Shown: one piece after another, positions 10,401-33,779 of the stretch
How the letters are laid out: every line of letters begins with the position of its first letter
Numbering within the stretch: the stretch's first letter is position 1
Assembly (NCBI RefSeq): GCF_022539665.2
Contig: NC_081333.1
Span: 12,462,001 to 12,526,000, forward strand
Direction of reading: 5' to 3'
Origin: Daphnia carinata
Taxonomy: Eukaryota
DNA: 64,000 nt
Position numbers and translations under genes: made by a program
The notes under the pieces: generated by a model
What the model saw: only the letters and a program-made list of their open reading frames with translations
The model's database searches: none
Told to the model about the DNA's origin: nothing

Positions 10401-13400
10401 ATGAACGATAAACCCAAACCATTTAAAAGAGTCATCGTCTATGAAGAATTTGTTGATGAGTCCACTGACGTTTCAGATGATGGTATAGTTCTACATAAAT
10501 TTAATTACTCTTGACTTTGTGTTACCTGTTACCTTCTCAAACCACATATTTTTACAAGAATTCTCTCTACTCTTCTTCCCAAACAAAATTGAAGAGTAGT
10601 TGGTTTTTATTAGTATAATTGCAGTGTTAGATCACAGAGTCATAGCACATAATTGTATTTCAAAAGAGCACGTTTTTGTGTTGCACATGCTTTGGAATCG
10701 CACCAAAGCATACTTTTAGAAAACATTTAAGCTGACGGATACCTTAAAATTTTAGTCAAGTCTGCAAAAAGAAAATGCTTAGTTACTGATATGCCAAAAT
10801 GCATATAATGTTTACATTGTTGACGACTAAACGGCTTTCAATTAACGTTTCGCCAGAAGCCGTCTGTAATTCCTCATAAATTGAAAGCGCGATTTAAAAA
10901 AAAACTTATTGTGAAAGTAACTATAGATTCAAGGCTGCAGCGTAGCTCTGCCTCGGCTCAACGAAAAAGATTATTATGCCTCTATTTTATTAGTAGCTCG
11001 CAAGTCGCGTGACTAAATTGTATTTTTACATTTATAGTTAGACAGAACTATCCAAGTTAGCCATCCTTACCCACTTCTCAGGTAGTACGAATGCATTTTC
11101 CATTCATTCGCATCCTTCGCCAGGGAGAAGCTTCCGCTCACGCGCCCGCCGCGTGCCGTATGCGTTTATGGCTAGGGCATGTTGTCAATTCGTTAGGCTC
11201 ATCGGCAGTTACAAACTGTCGAATTGCCTCCCTTATTTTCTTTAATCAGGTGTTAGCAGACATCTCCTAGAAGCATAAGATTTTGTGTTAAATACGTTTC
11301 TTTTTTGCTGTAACCTAGTGATGGTTTAAGTTGTGCAGCTGCAAATTCGTTTCCTCATGTTGTGATCAACCAAATATAATTTTTACAATATCAGAAAAGC
11401 AGAGGGTTGATGTTGGTCACGCCATGCTAATCCTGACCGTCCTACGCTGGCAGTTGCAAAGTGTTAATCCAAACTTGCGTGCTATTCACTCGTTTAACCC
11501 TATTTTTATGCTAACGTCGATGTTTCCCAGACTCAGAAGGTCAGACTTGCATTTAAAAAAGGGAAAGCTTTTCCCATGGTTGGCGGTGATGATTGATGAG
11601 CAGACTGGATCGTTAATGAGGATTGGGGCAGACAGAAGAGGGAACAGTACGAGATAGCGTACTTTTTTGGATGGGACAAGCGGTAACGGTAGAGCAAAAG
11701 ATGGGGGGGGATGAGCGTGCCACACTGTCAGCAATGGGGCCTAGACGTGGTTGTACCGGTGCTGATAAGCACCGGATGTGAAGTCACGTGGCCTCCTGTG
11801 CGATTCGCGTGCATCACCTCGTTTCGGGTTACGGACCGTTATTATTCCCAAAGCAAACCGTGCTTTTGTTTGTACGTCGCTTTAAAAAAAAATGTAGTTA
11901 CATTTAAAAAAAACTAAGGTTAGGTGCGTTTGTACAATTGATTAATTTCTTCCATGCTTGCAGATATTCGGGAATACGGCCAACGTTTAGGAATTGACCT
12001 CACAGCTAACCCGACATTAACAAATTTGGTGAGGGATTGGATCTTACAACCTCTCCCTCGCTATTGGTTCCCATGGTAATTAAATTAGTTATTATTTTTT
12101 ATTGAATTTTGGTTAATTTTATGGATTTACATTTTTATTCGGTAGTCTTGACACTCGAACGGGCCAGTGGTTTTATTCAAATGCTCTGAACGGTCAGTCC
12201 ATTTGGCATCATCCTCTTGAGGACATCCACAGGAATTTGGCTAAAGAATATTTATCCTTCCAGACAATTAGAGGTACAGTAGGTTTCGAATCTAGTTTCG
12301 AAGCTCGTTGATTGATCAACGAAAGAAATTTTAGGTAATAATAAATACACTTACTTAACAGAAAGGGAGAACCCAGAAGGAGAGTCATCGGAACAATCCA
12401 TGGAAAGTGGTCTGAGCACAAAGGGATTTGGGGGCCTCTCATCTTCCACTATGGGAGGCATCACACCCATCAAAACGCCACTTCCACGAACACTGGTAAT
12501 TCTCATTAAACGTCGATGTAAAAACATGCATTGTGTTCACGCTTTCTTTTTATCAGGCACCATTGAAAAGGATTCCAAAAATTGAGTCAACAACAAATGT
12601 TCTGACAACGTCTCCAAATCCTTTGCCTCCCTTTTGTGATCCAACTTCACCTCATTCGCACAGCGAACAAGTCCGACAGGTGTCGTTTTCTACGTTCAAA
12701 TCGAGCGATATCATATCTTCACTTTTACCTGGAGACCTCCTTTTTGAAAATCGTGATCGTCCAACCACGGTAGTGGCGCCTTTTAATCATTCCATTCTGC
12801 CCGTTTCAACGGCAGGAAGCCTTCATAGTAAATTAATGGGTTCGAAAGATGATGAACTAACCCAGCAAATGAAACAAGTCACAGTTTACCCTACTTCCGC
12901 AAGTAGAAACTTGAATCCTTTAACGACTGATAAAAGTATCGTTAAAGAGCTGTCGATTTCCGTCTCTAAGTGTCAATTGGAACCGGTAGCTCAGCAATCG
13001 AAGCCACGAACAAGTTTTACTGAACGCCTAGCTGCAAAAAAAGCGTCTCAAAAGCTCAAAAGCAACGAATCGTCAGAATCTTGCCTGTCGAATGCGAACA
13101 AAATGGATCGCACAAGTGCAATGAATTCAGAGAAGAGGCACGTCCATTTTGATTTAGAACCAAATCACTACCATCAGTATACCCCGGAATGTTCTGAAGA
13201 AAACAAGGCGACCGAAAGGTCAGAATCCTCAAGCTCGGAAGACATTCTAGACTTGGTAGGTGATCCTGAATATTTGAAACCGTTAACCGATGTTCAGTGC
13301 TACCCGACAGCGTACGAAGAGAAAAGATGGGAGGTGTCATTCACCTCATTTGGATTGGCTTCTCCAAACATTTCACCAGTGAAAATTTCAACGGCATTTA

Positions 13401-15564
13401 TTGACAATGAAGATTCTAATGAAATGGTGACGCGTTTCAATTCTGAATACTGCCCTAGTCCGTTGTCTGCCAGTGAAAAGAGTGACGACGCTGATGTGGT
13501 AGAAGACGAAACTACCATATGCCCTGACAATATGCAAAATGAAGCAAGTGAACAAGTCGAAAATTGTATCCCTGCATTGGAAACGAACCTTGAGTCTTGT
13601 ATGGTGACTAATGTACTGCCAGAAATCGAAATCCATGTGCCAACGCGTCCTGACAATGCAGAAACGCTCTTGTCAACCATGCCATTTCAACCTGTACGAG
13701 AGGAAGTCAATGAAGAAAAGCGAAATCTGGATTTCACGTTTGCACAAGTTGATAAATCAAATACTTCTATTGCAAATCATAATGGAAAAGAAGTAGAAAA
13801 CATTGACATCCCGCCTCCCATTATTTCCCCGTTAAAAGTTGAACCTCAAGAAATCGATGATGTCCTATCCGTGAAATTGGCTTTGGAAAATGTTACCTCG
13901 AAATTAGTTGGAAGCATTACGCGTTCGGAATCACTAGAAGAATTAGTATTGGCAAATCAAGTAAACCCAGTGATCGTTCAAGACGTTCCTGTATGCCCGA
14001 GTCCTGTTCAATTTATCACGTGTGAAACAAAGTCGGTCGAATCGCAAAATCCTGTTGTCCAAATGGATATTAATTTGAATTCCGAACAAGAAGCTAGTCA
14101 ACTTGATTTGTTATTACCTCCGACATCTTTCAGTGAGATTCCGCAAAGCGTGACACAAACGGAAGAGGTAGTTGCAGATTCCTCTGTCAAATGTAACGCA
14201 TCAGATTCACGAATCGCTTATGAGAAGACTCAATCTCTAGAAGACTGGCAAACGATAAAAAAAGAAATGGAATCAAAATTAGAAAACGAGAAGAAAAGAC
14301 TAGAAAGTTGGTTCGCTAGTGAAATTGCTCAAATTAAGAAACAATTCGAAAATCAGCTGGCAAGCGAACGGGAGAGAACAGAAAATTTGAGCAAACTGGT
14401 CGAAAATGCCAAGTCTGAAAAAGAACAATTAGCCAAACGTGAAATAGTTCGTCTAGAAGAGACTCTAGCACATTTGGTAGAGGAGAAAACCCGTCAAGTT
14501 CAGACACAAGTCAACAATGAAGTATCGCAGTGTAATAGCTCTGTTTTACATCGGACCGTCGCCCGTCAAGATGCCAATGTGCAAACAGAGGAGCCGCCCA
14601 TTCTGGTCAGTAGCCTTCCAATGGAACAAATGGTGCCTTTGTTGAAGGTTGACAAAATTGAAACAACTGAATCGAATCCTTCAAAAAACGAAACGTATTC
14701 TCGCTGGGAAAGTCGAGACTCACCAAGACGAGACTCGCGAATCCATTGCCAGTGCGACAACCTGCAGAAACAGGTGGCACGCGTGGAAAGAGAAATGCAA
14801 CTGCTGAAGCAAAAGAATTTGTCGTTCCAAAAAAATGTGCCAACCAGGAAAAAGAGCACACCTGTCAAGGCTCAAAGAGAGCCCTGGTGGTTGGACACTG
14901 ACGAATCGGCAACATCGACCACTTCTTCCGTCTCCGATTGGAGACACTCTAGAGGCAGAAGCCAGTCGATGACAAACCTGAACGCAAGCAGAGACAGTTT
15001 AGCCGGAAAAAAGTCAACGCCCATTCAACGAGCACGTGAGGGACTTACTAAGAGTCAAACGCCCAGGAGAGCGGTAAACACAATTTCTCGAATATGAGTT
15101 TTATTTCGTTATTTCTTACTATCGTTAATCTTAATTTCGGTCATGAAATATAGTGGATGGAAGATTTATCGACCGACCAATCTTCGGTTGATACACCTAC
15201 ATCAGGAATCAGCAGTGCAATTTCCACCGGAGAGTGGGACACAGTTCTAAGTTCCATACAAAAAATTAGTGGCGACCTGCAGGAAGTGTGGTCTCATATT
15301 GGACCTCGACCAAGACCGCTATCCTACCTTTCCTACCAAAGTAAGTTCTAATGTTACCTCATTCTTTTGCTGTCACACAAACCTAATTAACTACGAATTT
15401 TTGGATATTCAGGTCCACTATGGATGCCTTCATCCCAGTCGCTCATGACTAACGATCGCGTGCCTCTACATTGGTCTTTTAGCGGATCGACAGCCGAGCG
15501 TACGCAAGCGCTGAGGCTCTGGTTACAACAAAACAAAACGCAGCATTCCAAATCTTTCCTCTGA
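10401..15564 (+). CDS. CEP164: Centrosomal protein CEP164-like (N-terminal WW domain, long disordered region, coiled coil)
   Basis: Phase-consistent GT-AG exons 10401-10482, 11964-12075, 12146-12273, 12362-12495, 12557-15073, 15154-15340, 15413-15564. N-terminus VIVYEEFVDE..DIREYGQRLGID..PLPRYWFPCLDTRTGQWFYSNALNGQSIWHHP matches the CEP164 helical bundle plus WW domain. Coiled coil at about 14240-14520. Confidence 0.85.
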
Positions 15565-16029
15565 CAGCCAAAAAACAGTATTAGCCGTCCAAACTTACCT
15601 AGGTTTCCTTTTTGTTGATAACCTTTTTATTATCAAAGTCAAATGTATAATCAGTTTTGTATGGGAATGAAACGGTCTGAATGGGACATATTTACCATTA
15701 TTAATAATTGTGTCGTTTGAGGTGCCGTTCTGCTTTACCCCGACAGGAAAAAAGGATTAAAGACCGTGCCTTTGTCTGGATTTCTACAGCTTTTCGAAAA
15801 GGGAAGTGCTGAAAATGTAATAAAGACCGGATATAACTCGGCGAGTAGGACGAGTTCAGGTTTCAACGAACTTACGATAAAGGTGGGAAACAATTCTGAC
15901 CTTTGTATGTTGCTTCGATTTTGTTTATAGCCAAATCTAACACTGTGTGAACGCTGAAATCTGATACGCAGAGCTAGTTTGTATTGAAAAATTGTTTTTT
16001 TTTTTTTCTATTCCTATTCTGATTCTTTC

Positions 16030-17150
16030 TCTCCCCCTCGATGGGGGGATGTTTCCTACAGGGGTTTTGGGTGGGGTGATCACAAAATAGAGAACAGGAA
16101 AATGTCGTTACTCTTCTACTCAGCGACCCCTGTCTAACCAACGCGGACCTCCCCTGTGGTTCGTATTTTACGTAGGTGACTGGGTTGAATACCCAATGAA
16201 GTTGAAAGTTATCGCTGCGAGATCAGAATAACAGAGTGTCCGCTAACTTGTGTTACTAAGAATACGCGGTGGTGCGCTGGAGTAAATGCGACAATGCTAT
16301 TGTCCTTTGAAAGCTAGCCTTACTCAATTCCCATCATAGGACAGGATTCCTTCAAATCAGTAAGTTTTCTGATGCGTTTGGTACGTGTGATTAAGTTAGA
16401 TCGCATATGTTTGGCTCAAGTGTCATAAATGATGCAATTCATATTTTCGTCTGTAGCCGTTTTGTTTAGGTCCGTGAACTGTTTGCTGGTGCTATGTTCA
16501 ACGTGAAACTGTCGTGACCAACGATTAGAGCAAGAACACGGATGATAGCGCACAGAACAAAAAAAATTTAGTTTTATATACGCCGCCCAAAGATCAACGT
16601 CCACAGTCCAATGACCAAATTATGCGGCTTGATGAAACTGGGGTAGGAGACTGGATGGGAAAGACTTGCTTCGACGATTCTAGCTTTCCTGTTTTCACGA
16701 TCCGAATTTGATTGGACGTATTCTAACTAGCAATTGGGCGCAATATGCGGCTACAAGAATCGAATTGCACGCAAAGTTAGGTACTTCCTCACCAAAGTCC
16801 ATCGTCAGAACGATGTTTTTATGTTCTGCTTTCATTGGATGTTGCTTAAACAAACTCGTGAAAAGTTGTGTGAATCTCGTAAAGCTTTCCCGTGCTTTTC
16901 TGTTAAAAAGCAGCGATGGTGACGCAGGAGATTTAAAGCGTGATCTATAGCCGCGCCATAGGCTCCTATAGTCGAGCAAAGCACCCATAGGTCATAAGTA
17001 TGTAGAATTACATACGCTGCGTGATCTTCTTTCTGTGGGGAGTGGCTCTCGGGTGGGCGTTGTCCGCGAAGTTCATGTGCGGCTAGCAAAAGAGAAGCAA
17101 CAGTGACTGCCCTACACCATCCCTGTGGGAGCTTTTGAATTGAATTATAC
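16030..17150 (-). mobile_element. Decayed DIRS/Ngaro-type (tyrosine recombinase) retrotransposon fragment, RNase H and following domain
   Basis: Minus-strand remnants in the expected order: AEHKNIVLTMDFG..VAAYC (like TDNQNVV..GS..C), RENRKA (like RE.N..AD), and FGHWTVDVDLWAAYIKLNFFCSVRYHPCS (like WG..T.DLFAS..KL..F.S..P). Stops and frameshifts throughout; boundaries approximate. Confidence 0.5.
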
Positions 17151-18654
17151 ATTAACGGCTATTCTTTTCCCTTATCTCCATCCGCTCGCATATAGACTTT
17201 GCCATTTAAACATATGGCCGTTGTTAGTTAATGTTTTCAGAATGTTTGATTTACCTCAACCAGTGAACGTTGATTAATGTCAAACGTCAACTGCGAATTT
17301 GAGCAGTTGTTTTCCCAAATCCCCCCCAAAACTTTAGCTTCATTTGTCGGCAGTCAAGCTTTCTCAAACATGAATAATTATGAAATTCAAAGGACCTTTG
17401 GCACGGAGAGATTAATATGGCTAAACCAGAGGGTGGTATGGCGTAGCACAACAAGCGTTAAAAAATCTTAAAATCCATTATAAGAAATATGTTGATTATC
17501 GTCTTTCGTAATGGAAGCTGATGCAAGCCTTGGTATCAAACTCCATCCTAGGCTCCAAGTTGTCTAGCATCTGTATGCGGAGGTCACCGCCTCTTGAAAC
17601 TTATCAAATGCCGGCGAAGGTCATAGCATTCGTTCGTTGGATTGATATAAACTTGAGTAGCCTAATTTCTACAAAGTTTAGATTGACGGAAATTTTTTCA
17701 TCAGCATAATTCTTGACTTCTGAAAAACATTTTAAGTCATTACATGCGGGCAACGAGAAACCCTTTTAAGATTTATTTCGTAAACTTGAATTTTTAAACT
17801 TTCGGTAATGATTGTGTCATCTTTCTAATCTTCTATACAGCCGATGTAAGGATTAAGGGTAAAACACAAAAGTTGTTTGAAATGATCGTTGATTTCTAAA
17901 CGCACACAAACGTTCAAGAAAACAAGAACTGTTCGGCGTTGGATAAGAGAAAACTTTCGCCTCATAATGATTTAAAAAGAAAAATGCATTTCTGTTTTCA
18001 AGAAGCGATTTCCAAAACTATTCACAATCTTACCTTGGAGGTACTACTAGCTTAAAGAGAAAGTTGCATATGAAAAGTTTTCGAATAGGGGCCTCTTCAT
18101 ATTTAGCTCTCGCATCCCTTTTTCGATGAATTCTTTTATTTACGATCAGCGCATTGAGATGATGTTTTTGTTTAACCATCTCTGGTTACCAAATACCTAA
18201 AGAAAAGTTCACAGATGGGTACCTATGTATCCACCTCGCGCATGTTTTAAATGAAAAATAATGTCTTTAAAAAGAATAAATAAAGAAAAAAATGATACAA
18301 GAATGAAAAAATCTTGCCGGGTTTGGGTGCTGCTTTCTGGGGGGTAGGAAGAAACTGATGGTGAATCGATAGTTGAGACTTTTAAGCCCTCCGACCATTG
18401 TGTCTGTTTCCTGTTTTTTTCTTTTTGCTCAGCGGAGGTCGGATAGTTTCCCAGGACATTGGTGGGTATATTTTCAAAACCCCACAGACGGAGCTTCTTG
18501 CTTTAGAACCAAGCTGAATCTTGTCGCTGGTTTCCAAGTTTACTATTTGTGTATTATTAGCTTCGTTTTGAGCGTATTTGTTTCTTTTGAAGTAAAAAAA
18601 TTTGATTGTCGATTCATTGGAGGTATGCTAGTGATCGAGGTGTAGTGAAGGAAC

Positions 18655-18662
18655 TATCGATA
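18655..18662. promoter_or_regulatory. DRE element (TATCGATA) in the probable par-1 promoter / 5' UTR exon region
   Basis: Exact TATCGATA followed by a strong donor G/GTAAGG at about 18669, roughly 1.1 kb upstream of the par-1 ATG. Confidence 0.3.
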
Positions 18663-19800
18663 GTCACGGTAAGGTAAATTTTCATGGGGTACTATGTTTT
18701 AGACGGCCAAATGCTTCCCCATTTCTCAATGGCCTCCCAAACAACGCCCCAAACGAATAGACTACTATACACCGATCCGCCAGGGGGCTCTGCTGGGTGG
18801 ACATTGTTTAAGATACCCCTTGTAGGTAGGCAGGTTTTCGGCGCGTCAATAAAGCAGGCTATGGTCTTTCCTCTCGAAAAACGAAGCGGCCATCTTAGCA
18901 TGGGCGGTCGACATCTTTGTAGAAATTGCCCTACCTGGTCAACGTTCACGCTCATATTTCACTGATTCTAACTCGCTAATCTGCCTATAGATTGTTTCAA
19001 CAAGCCGTCCCTTGTCAAGACTGTGAACAGAAAAGTCTACGTGAATTGTTCGTTGTTTAGTGCAAAGAGATGGGAATCAGTCTCGCGTGAACGTTCGTGA
19101 GTGGCCGACAAAAATCAACCGTTTCTGCCAGTTCGGCCTAGCCCTCTCTCCTGCTTGTCAGGTTTATTTTCTTTTACGTTAAAATCCCGATTATTCACAC
19201 TCAGGCCAAGGTTTAATAATGGTGACAATTGCCGTTCCATCCAGTGACAGATTGCAGCTTGCATTGTTGATGGCTTTTGGGATGCTTCCATTGTTTTGTT
19301 AGGAAGCCATCAGCACTCTTCCATGGATAAATCAAATTTGGAAATATTTGGCCCTTACTTTCATTTAATGAACAAAGGAGCAAAAGTTGGCTGTGAGCAA
19401 AAACTGTTGTAGCTTGAATCATTCATAATGCTTAAATCCCGAGGTACTCTTTGCTTGAACAGCTGGGCCTTGTTTAAACAGCTAACAGGAGTGGTGTGCC
19501 AAAGAAAATATTTGATTATGTTGATCCTTACGCAACAGGAATGAAATGTTTTCCTCAATGATTTGATTTGTTAAATTTTACAATCTGTAGCATCATATGT
19601 CAAACTTGGCTTGCGATGACACATTTGGTTCATTAACGTTGATTGTGGAAAACTGAGCTTAATAGGATACTAATGGTTCTCATTTATTTCTTTATTTTCA
19701 GGGAATATGTACCTTGTGACTGGATCTGCTCATTAGTGTAAATTAGTATCTGACATTTGGAAGCTGAAAACCATTTTTACATTGCTGGTTCCGGTACAAC

Positions 19801-30421
<10,621 letters not shown>

Positions 30422-32281
30422 CTACCAGTCGCCTCTGACAATTCCGATTCAGAGCACGATTGAAGAAAAAGAAGAAAAGAAAGAAAGAAAAAGACAAAAA
30501 AAAAGAAAAAAACAGAGTTTAAAAAATCTGAAAAAAGCAAACGGAAAGAGAGAGAGAAAAAAATGCAAATACTTGTACAACATTTTTATGAGGAGCGCGC
30601 GAGCTAGCTCTTTAATGGTGTCCAGTTTCCGAGTGAAAAATGATAAGCGCTCAGTTTTTTTTTTCTTCTTTTGTTTTTTTAAGCACCTTGATACGTTGAA
30701 AACCCTTTGGTTGGCATAATGGAAAGGGCTGGAATTGGTGCTTCTCAACTTAAGCTATACACCGGCCCCTCCCCACCCAACAAAACATCCCGAAAAACAC
30801 TTTCTCTGTTTCTCTCTGTTTATTCTCTCCTTCCACCTGTCCGTCTCTTTTCTCTCACACACATCTTTTATCTATATTAATTTCCTTGCCCTGCCAACAT
30901 TTCCTCAGTCCTTTCTACAAGCTGTCATGTTTCCTCCAACTTGTTGCCCATGATTATGTCCACCATTGCAAATGACTTTGATTTTTTTTTTTTTGCCCCT
31001 CTTTTCGTGTATTCCCCTCCCCCCTTTATCATCTTATTGGGTTTCTCTACCCCAGGAACAAGCAAGCGTGTAGCTATAAATGTTCACCCAAATTCGTCCA
31101 TCGCTAACCAACCGAGGCGCTACGAGCATGGCGCTCCAGATTGACACACACACACACACATCCACTCGCCAATCTAGTTCTCTTCCATCTTTCACCATTT
31201 TTTATTTTTTTCCCCCCCTCTTCAATATTTTTTCCGTCTATATAATCATATAGGATGGACTTGCATTGCTCTGGCAGTTGCATTGAATATTTTCCCTTTT
31301 CCTCATAATTTTTTTTTTTTATGTTTTTGTTTCTCTTCATTCTGAAATGTGTATAGCATATTGTGTGCGAATGTAAGTGCGTATGCGAGACAAGAGAGAG
31401 AACGTGTGTAAGGGGGGGGGTTTAAAGGGCGCGCTGCTAGCTAATTATGGTGTAGATTCGGTATTCACTCTTATCACAATGTTCTTTTCTTTGTTCCTTT
31501 CGATTCCTCCTCCTCTCTTCCCTATTTTTCCTTGTTGTGTAGCTCACAGTGTGTAGTGAAATTGGACAAATCCTAGGGTATCGGTAGTACCTCTACTTTT
31601 TTGTACTCTGGTCTGCTGATTAACCTACCGTTTTGTTTCACAACTTTCCCTGTCCCACTCGGATGTTTTTTTAAATGATTAATATTAATATCATTTATTA
31701 TTATAATTTTTTCACCACCAATCCCGTCACTTCCTTCGTCGCCACATTATTTTCTGACCTGCTGCACCGTATCTTTATGAGAAATGAGCTGTACGCGAAT
31801 ATTCCTCATCGTTGAATTCATCTTTAAAAATATCATCCCCTTTTCTCGGTTGATTATGTTTTTTTCTTTCTCTTCTTTCCTTGCTCCTCATTCCTTTGAA
31901 CCGATGAAGAATTTTGAGCGACAGGAAGTCGTTTTCACTCTTAACGTTTGAGATCCGTTAACTCCTCAACCTTATTCCTACACCTTGGCCCTACCCTTCC
32001 GAATTTTTTGCAAATAGTTTATATCACGTCCCCTGAAGGTTTTCTTCGTCGCTTTAACTGTTTGAAAAGGGATACAAAAAAATGAGGATGAGGGGAACAT
32101 CCATTCCTGTGTGCACTTGCAAATTGTACATATGAAGGGTGAAATGAGTACGATTGTGTAACCCATGAAAAAGCCCCCTGCCAATTACAGTATCGTAGTT
32201 CTCACACTATCGTCTAAATAATAATTACGACCGTTCAACCGAGGAAAGTATTTTTGCAAATGATTCTTTTGTCGGAAGACG

Positions 32282-33060
32282 CTATTTCATCATGTATTTT
32301 GCATAGACGCTGTATTCAAAAGCGTCCGGTGGCAGGGTACGGTCCAAGTCTGACGGGCATCGCAGTGCTTTGATTGCTGTCCACATTTCTTCCATTTCGT
32401 CGGAAGAAAATGGCTCCCCGCTGCCCGTCAACGAAGATTCGAGTTCTTTTCGGGTTAAAAACCCTAAAAAGACAGTATCTTTATACAAAGTTGTTTTTCA
32501 TGGCGTGGCACACTACTATGCCACGAGACCGCCTAAAATGGGGAAAACCAATGTTAATCCCACCTTTCCTTTCAGAATCCAATGTTTGGAAAGCGCGCAG
32601 AATCAAATCTTCGGTGGCTGATTGGAACCTTGACAGACAATCTTACGATCAGTTTGTTATCTCTGGCCAATAGGTAATCGTACAATTTCTTGCATAAGTA
32701 GTTACCTTTTTTGTTGCAACACACTACTCACTGTAGGCACGAACTTTTGAAGAGTTACAAACTGAGTTGTTCCATCCTCTTCCATGGCCGTCACTAAATG
32801 CTGCAATTCCGACTCGGAAGGACAACATCCTTTTGCAAAAGAATAATGAAGAAGACGGAGATAGAATGAAAGAAGATTTACTTACCCAACGAGCGAATGA
32901 TGGTCCCAACTTCTCGCACGTCAACCGTTTCGTTATGGGCTTCGTCAAAGACCAAGAAAGCTTCGGTTGCTAATTTGTTAAAAGGACATTCCATGCTAGG
33001 CGTTGGCAACGGATGCTCGGCAGAATTGGCATCTCGCTTGCCTTGAAATTTGTTTGCCAT
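32282..33060 (-). CDS. EFCAB2: EF-hand calcium-binding protein EFCAB2 / dynein regulatory complex subunit DRC8-like
   Basis: Exons 33060-32886, 32829-32706, 32628-32564, 32463-32282. Motifs EAFLVFD..NETVDVREVGTIIRSLGCCPSE, ILRAFQTLD..KGFLT and GEPFSSDEMEEM. Confidence 0.85.
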
Positions 33061-33106
33061 CTTGTCAAAAACAAGCGTCCGTACCTAACGACCAAACGCA
33101 TTCGTC

Positions 33107-33120
33107 TTTGCTATGGCAAC
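33107..33120. promoter_or_regulatory. RFX X-box-like motif upstream of EFCAB2
   Basis: TTTGCTATGGCAAC, one mismatch to GTTGCTATGGCAAC, 47-60 bp upstream of the ATG. Confidence 0.6.
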
Positions 33121-33640
33121 TCGAAAAAGGAGTGGCTTAGATAAAGAGTTTAGTCAATGTCAGCAAGAGAAACTAAAAAAAGAAAGAAAATCAAGATCAA
33201 CGGACAAGTTAATGTCGGGGTTTACCGTCCAAACATCAAGGTGAACTTTTTTTACGTTACGCAAGAATGGGCCGCCAGGAAGAAAATTGGGAGCCACGGT
33301 CTGACAAACATCACGTGCGTTACGCATGCCGACGACGCCACGATAAGTAGCCCGTACTCAACGCCTACGTGAGGTGAAGGGGATTGCAAACCCAAGTTGT
33401 TTACCGCCTACGATGCTTTTGAATCCGCGGTCAAGCTGTGCTTCTTATCTAGATGAATTCATCGTCACCTTAGATTAAGAGGTAAATGGAGACGGCACTA
33501 GGTGATCTAACGGTCGCTCAAAATAGTACAAAAACATCCAAAAATAGTTTCTAATCAAAGTCGAATCAGTAACATGGAGGTGAAGGGTATCCGGGTATGA
33601 CAAATTTATCTCAAAAATGACACAGCATTGTCTTCGTGCC

Positions 33641-33648
33641 TATAAAGA
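33641..33648 (+). promoter_or_regulatory. TATA box of the UGT gene
   Basis: TATAAAGA about 140 bp upstream of ATG 33780. Confidence 0.5.
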
Positions 33649-33779
33649 GCAAGCTTCTAAACCCATTGAGTAAGTAAGCAATCACTCGTTTTCGCGTCCA
33701 TACACGGAAAGCAGAGAAGCAGCTCAACTAGCAGCACAGCAACCCATCCTGAAGCTAACTCAATATCCAATCTCTGAAA

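Noticed and set aside
15562..15615. CEP164 UGA-C with 16 open codons
   Set aside because: The extension is short and UTR-like in composition, within chance expectation.
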